Below are positions 63,920 to 64,000 of a DNA stretch of 64,000 nucleotides, piece after piece. The notes below the pieces were generated by a model that searched no databases, had not been told where the DNA came from, and saw nothing but the letters and a program-made list of their open reading frames with translations. The stretch covers positions 36,146,001 to 36,210,000 of the forward strand of contig CM060731.1 in the NCBI GenBank assembly GCA_030704615.1, in the 5' to 3' direction. Position 1 is the first letter of the stretch, and the number at the start of each line of letters is the position of its first letter. The position numbers were made by a program, and so were the translations under genes. This DNA comes from Takakia lepidozioides. Its lineage: Eukaryota > Plantae > Bryophyta.

Positions 63920-64000
63920 TCACACGCATCCGAAGCCGAGGGCCATGTTTCGAGTGCGAGCGGCCTCCTTCTTCACTGGTTTTGCAGCCGCATCGGGCAT
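63920..64000 (-). CDS. Possible last codons of a gene entering from the right edge
   Basis: GC-rich open frame ..PDAAAKPVKKEAARTRNMALGFGCV*, convergent with UBC7; too short to assign. Confidence 0.3.
   Translation of the reverse strand: MPDAAAKPVKKEAARTRNMALGFGCV

Overview
Eukaryotic land-plant genomic DNA with spliceosomal GT-AG introns; gene and TE content suggest a non-seed plant, probably a bryophyte (inference). Left arm (1-29 kb): deoxynucleoside kinase (partial, -), intronless cyclin-D1-binding/GCIP homolog (+), RPL19 (-), LRR-III pseudokinase RLK (-) and a large multi-exon coiled-coil gene (-), with 3' fragments of an RTE-X-like LINE. Centre (29.8-51.8 kb): nested transposon island. 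Its oldest layer appears to be a fragmented DUF3504/Crypton-type tyrosine-recombinase gene, interrupted by a hAT MITE, a chromodomain Ty3/Gypsy remnant (itself split by a 3.5 kb hAT element), a palindrome/telobox array and a complete 12.65 kb CACTA element. The CACTA carries a TnpD pseudogene and, divergently, a TnpA-like gene apparently fused to an FCP1/NIF-type HAD phosphatase-like domain; the Crypton-type remnant and this fusion are the most unusual features. Right arm: a Ser/Gln-rich orphan gene and a six-exon UBC7-family E2. All family assignments come from motif recognition by eye; no database search was run.
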